A stretch of DNA of 63,998 nt, counting the filler, from Sandaracinaceae bacterium (GTDB taxonomy: Bacteria > Myxococcota_A > Polyangia > Polyangiales > JADJQN01), in NCBI GenBank assembly GCA_947483975.1. It is 6 parts of 6 records of this genome, joined end to end, with 100 filler letters (N's around TTAATTAATTAA, not from the genome) between each part and the next. Parts side by side here need not be neighbours in the genome. Positions count along the whole stretch, not along the records: positions 57,132 to 63,998 come from CANKOL010000288.1; 5 more parts are not named here. One strand, written 5' to 3'. A program made the translations under genes and the position numbers. Positions 60,692-63,998 of this stretch are shown here, one piece after another. Positions within the stretch are counted from its first letter, which is position 1. Every line of letters starts with the position of its first letter. Under the pieces are notes generated by a model. The model searched no databases, was not told the DNA's origin, and saw only the letters and a program-made list of their open reading frames with translations.

Positions 60692-62797
60692 ATGCCTGGC
60701 CCACGCACTCCTGAGCGCCCACGTGCGGCGCGCACGCGCGGCACCGTAGAACTCCGCGATCGCGCGCTCTCTCTCGGCGGCCGCTCGGTGCCGCTGCTCT
60801 CGGGCGCCGTGCACTACTGGCGGCTCGAGCGGAGCGCGTGGCGTCCTGCGCTCGAGGAGCTGCTGCGCATGGGCTTCCCCATCGTCGAGACGTACGCGCC
60901 TTGGGGGGTGCACGAGACCTCGCCCGGCGAGTTCGACTTCGGCAAGAAGGACGCGCGCAAGGACCTCGGCGCGTTCCTCGACCTCGCGCACGAGATCGGG
61001 CTCGTCGCGTTCGTGCGGCCGGGGCCGCACATCAACGCGGAGCTGACGTACTTCGGCCTGCCCGAGCGCATCGTCTACGACAGCGCGTGTCAGGCGCGCT
61101 CGCCGAAGGGCAACCCCGTCCTGCTCTTCTTCCCGCCGGTGATGTTCCCGGTGCCGTCGTACGCGAGCGCGCGCTTTCACCAGGAGCTAGGCGCCTGGTA
61201 CGACGCGGTCGGCGAGGTCGTCGGGCCGCGGCTCTGGCCCGCGGGTCCCGTCGCGCTGCTGCAGGTCGACAACGAGGCCTCGTACTACTTCCGCGACGGC
61301 GCGTACTGCCAGGACTATCACCCCGACGCCATCGTCGAGTGGCACTCGTTCCTCGCGCAGCGCTACACGACCGTCGACGGGCTCAACGCGGCGCACCGCG
61401 CGCAGCACGCCACCTTCGAGGACTGTGCGGCGCCCGTGCGCTTCGACGCGAAGGACGCCGACGGGCTCGCGGTGCACCTCGACTGGGCGGCGTTCCACGA
61501 GCGGCTGATCGTCGGCGCGCTCCACAAGATGCGCACGCGCCTCGAGCGCGCGGGCATGGACGGCGTGCCGATGGTGCACAACATGCCGCTCGGGGACGGC
61601 GGGCTGCCGCTCAGCCTGCCCGCGCTCGAGCAGGTCGCTGACCTCGTCGGCTTCGACTACTACCACGGGCGCCGCGAGCACCGGACGATCCGCCGCCGGA
61701 CGCTCTACCTCGCCGGCACGACGCGCTTCCCCTACGCGCCGGAGCTCGGGGTCGGCGCGCCGCCTTGGTTCACGCCGCTCGCGCACGAGGACTCGCTCTA
61801 CTGCGCGCTCGTCGCGCTCGCGTACGGCCTGCGCGGCTTCAACCTCTACATGGCCGTCGACCGCGACCGCTGGTACGGCGCGCCCATCGACGCCTCGGGC
61901 AACCCGCGCGTCGAGTCCGCGGCGTGGAAGCTCCTGCTCGGCAAGCTGAAGGAGATCGGCTTTCATCGCCTCGAGCGCCGCGCCGAGGTCGCGCTGGTCG
62001 TGCCGCGCGAGTATCAGCGCCTCTCGCGCGCGACGCACCTGCTCGGGCCGATCGCGTCGTCTGCCGTGGAGGCGATCGGCGGCACGCCCGTGGACGCCTG
62101 CCGCGACGACGACCTCGGCTTCGCGGGGCCGGTCCAGACGCTCTGGTTCCGGATGCTGGCGCGCTTCGCGGATGCGTTCACGGACGCCGGGATTCCCTAC
62201 GTTTACGTCGACGGCGACGCGGACGCCGCGCGCCTCGCGGGCTATCGAGTGCTCGTCACTCCGTCGTACGAGTTCGCGTCGGTCGGGCGCTGGCAGCGCG
62301 TCTGTCACGTCGCGCAAGAGGGCGGCACGCTCGTCTACGGGCCGACGATGCCCGGGCTCGACGAGCACCTGCGGCGGCAGCCCTTCGAGGTGCCGCGCCG
62401 CGGGCGCCGCGTGCTCATCGACACTCCCGAGGACGCCGCGCGCGTCGTCGCCGAGCTCGCCGACGCGCTCGATCTCGCGCGCCCCTTCCGCGCGACGCCC
62501 GACGTCATCGAGACGAGCGTGCACGAAGACGCGCGCGGCCCGCGCGTGCTCTTCGTCATCAACCCGGAGAAGAGCGCGCGCGACGCGGAGGTCGTGCTGC
62601 CCGCGCCGATGGCCTTCGTCGACGCGCTGACGGGCGAGCGCCTCGAGGGCGACCGCGTGCTCACCCTGCGCGTGCCCGCGCAGACCGCGCGAATGCTGCT
62701 GATCGACGGCGCGACGGTCGAGCCCGCGAAGGCGCAGCGCGCAGCGCGACCGCGCGCGCGACGAGTGTCTTCGGGCGGCAAGGGAGGCGCGTCGTGA
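60692..62797 (+). CDS. Beta-galactosidase-like glycoside hydrolase (GH35/GH42-like)
   Basis: SGAVHYWR, ETYAPWGVHE, RPGPHINAE, QVDNE, APELG, FNLYM. Confidence 0.88.
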   Translation: MPGPRTPERPRAARTRGTVELRDRALSLGGRSVPLLSGAVHYWRLERSAWRPALEELLRMGFPIVETYAPWGVHETSPGEFDFGKKDARKDLGAFLDLAHEIGLVAFVRPGPHINAELTYFGLPERIVYDSACQARSPKGNPVLLFFPPVMFPVPSYASARFHQELGAWYDAVGEVVGPRLWPAGPVALLQVDNEASYYFRDGAYCQDYHPDAIVEWHSFLAQRYTTVDGLNAAHRAQHATFEDCAAPVRFDAKDADGLAVHLDWAAFHERLIVGALHKMRTRLERAGMDGVPMVHNMPLGDGGLPLSLPALEQVADLVGFDYYHGRREHRTIRRRTLYLAGTTRFPYAPELGVGAPPWFTPLAHEDSLYCALVALAYGLRGFNLYMAVDRDRWYGAPIDASGNPRVESAAWKLLLGKLKEIGFHRLERRAEVALVVPREYQRLSRATHLLGPIASSAVEAIGGTPVDACRDDDLGFAGPVQTLWFRMLARFADAFTDAGIPYVYVDGDADAARLAGYRVLVTPSYEFASVGRWQRVCHVAQEGGTLVYGPTMPGLDEHLRRQPFEVPRRGRRVLIDTPEDAARVVAELADALDLARPFRATPDVIETSVHEDARGPRVLFVINPEKSARDAEVVLPAPMAFVDALTGERLEGDRVLTLRVPAQTARMLLIDGATVEPAKAQRAARPRARRVSSGGKGGAS

Positions 62798-63858
62798 TCT
62801 CTCCGCACCTGCGCTTCGAGGGCTTCGACGCCCGCTCGTGGACGAACCTGCTGTCGCTGTTTGCGCCCGGCCTCCGCGACCGCATGAACGAGGAGCCCGC
62901 CGGCACCGATGTGCCGGAGACCGACGTCGGCGAGGTGAAGGCCGAGCCCACCGTCGGCACGCTCGTCATCCTCCGCGCCGACGACGGCCGCGTGCTCAAG
63001 GCGTTTCACACCACGCGCGGGCGCGTGCGCGACCTGCAATACGACGGCCCGCAGGACCTCGAGCGCGTCGCCCTCGCGTACCACTCGCGGCGCGCGTTCG
63101 AGCTCCGAGAGGGCGTGCTCGACGAGCTCGCGGAGGAGCTGGCGGTGCGGCTCGAGCGCACGGACGACTACGCGACGCAGTGGCTGGTCGTCGCGCGCAT
63201 CATCCGCGAGCTGACGGCCGCGGGGAAGATCCACAGCTGGCCGCGCCCCGTCAGCGATGTGCCGGTGCCGACCGCGGGCATGGTGCGGCGCGCGGTGGAC
63301 ATCATCCTCCCCGACGAGCACGCGCTCGTCGTCGTGCTCTGGGAGCACGGCAGTCCGTGGACGGCGTTCGCGCTCCGGCGCCGCGACGGCGTCATCGATC
63401 TCGCGGCGGGTCCCGACCTGCTGCTCCGCTGGACTGGCCCGCTCGGCGGCGACTGGCGCCGCGATCACCGCATCATCGCGAGCGCCGTCACGCGCGCCGT
63501 CGCGCCCGTGCACGTCGGGCTCTTCGCCGAGGCGAGCACCGTCCGCGAGCTATTGCGCACGCCCGACCCGGGCGCCTGGATCCGCGCCGTCGCCGTGCGC
63601 GACATCATCATCCACCCGACTCCCCCGTACGTCGCCGTCGCCCTCGGCGCCGACGCGACCCGCGCCGTCGCGCGCACGACCGCCCGCTGGCTCGGCGGCT
63701 TCGACGCGCTCAAGCCCCTCTCGCCGATCGGCACTTATCTGCGAGGGCGCGTCTCCGAGGTCGCGTCGGTGACTGCGCTCCTCGGCTTCGATCCGCTCCG
63801 CGCGCTCGCGCACTCGCTCGCGCAACGCCCGGTGCGTGAGGGCGACGAGCCCAAATAG
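62794..63858 (+). CDS. Hypothetical protein
   Basis: GTG start overlapping upstream stop (GTGA); WTGPLGGDWRRD motif. Confidence 0.75.
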   Translation: MISPHLRFEGFDARSWTNLLSLFAPGLRDRMNEEPAGTDVPETDVGEVKAEPTVGTLVILRADDGRVLKAFHTTRGRVRDLQYDGPQDLERVALAYHSRRAFELREGVLDELAEELAVRLERTDDYATQWLVVARIIRELTAAGKIHSWPRPVSDVPVPTAGMVRRAVDIILPDEHALVVVLWEHGSPWTAFALRRRDGVIDLAAGPDLLLRWTGPLGGDWRRDHRIIASAVTRAVAPVHVGLFAEASTVRELLRTPDPGAWIRAVAVRDIIIHPTPPYVAVALGADATRAVARTTARWLGGFDALKPLSPIGTYLRGRVSEVASVTALLGFDPLRALAHSLAQRPVREGDEPK

Positions 63859-63998
63859 GCGCCGACGTCTGCGCGTGACGCCCTCCCCCGGCGAGCTCGT
63901 CGCCCTCTGCGCGCCCATCGACGACCTCGCGCGCCAGCTCGCGTCGTCGTACTTCACGACGACGCCGCGGAGGGTCTCGCTGCGAGCCGGCGGTCTCA

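Overview
Very GC-rich bacterial DNA, almost certainly Myxococcota (Polyangia/Sandaracinaceae-like; inferred from a MYXO-CTERM protein, an FHA-sigma54 activator, a split F0 operon and a Cys-type CcmE). The window is not contiguous: six contig pieces are joined by artificial 100-nt N/TTAATTAATTAA/N linkers (11369-11468, 22817-22916, 34260-34359, 45653-45752, 57032-57131), so synteny only holds within a piece. Content is mostly housekeeping (xerC-hslVU, RhlE-like helicase, pccB, gcvTH, lysC, CCA enzyme, pyrRB, atpZ/I/B/E, hemL, moaB). It also carries several signalling genes (two diguanylate cyclases, a HEAT + degenerate HD-GYP pair, CheX-REC/REC/STAS-HDOD, PilZ), a TonB-ExbBDD-receptor-lipoprotein uptake locus and a NaeI-type restriction-modification pair. 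The most unusual non-coding signals are a 122-bp MITE-like foldback element with a TGA target duplication (7469-7590), a 7x42-bp tandem array bracketed by a degenerate duplicate of the pccB 3' end (25919-26331), and several short tandem arrays anchored on stop codons. No rRNA, tRNA or CRISPR array was recognised.
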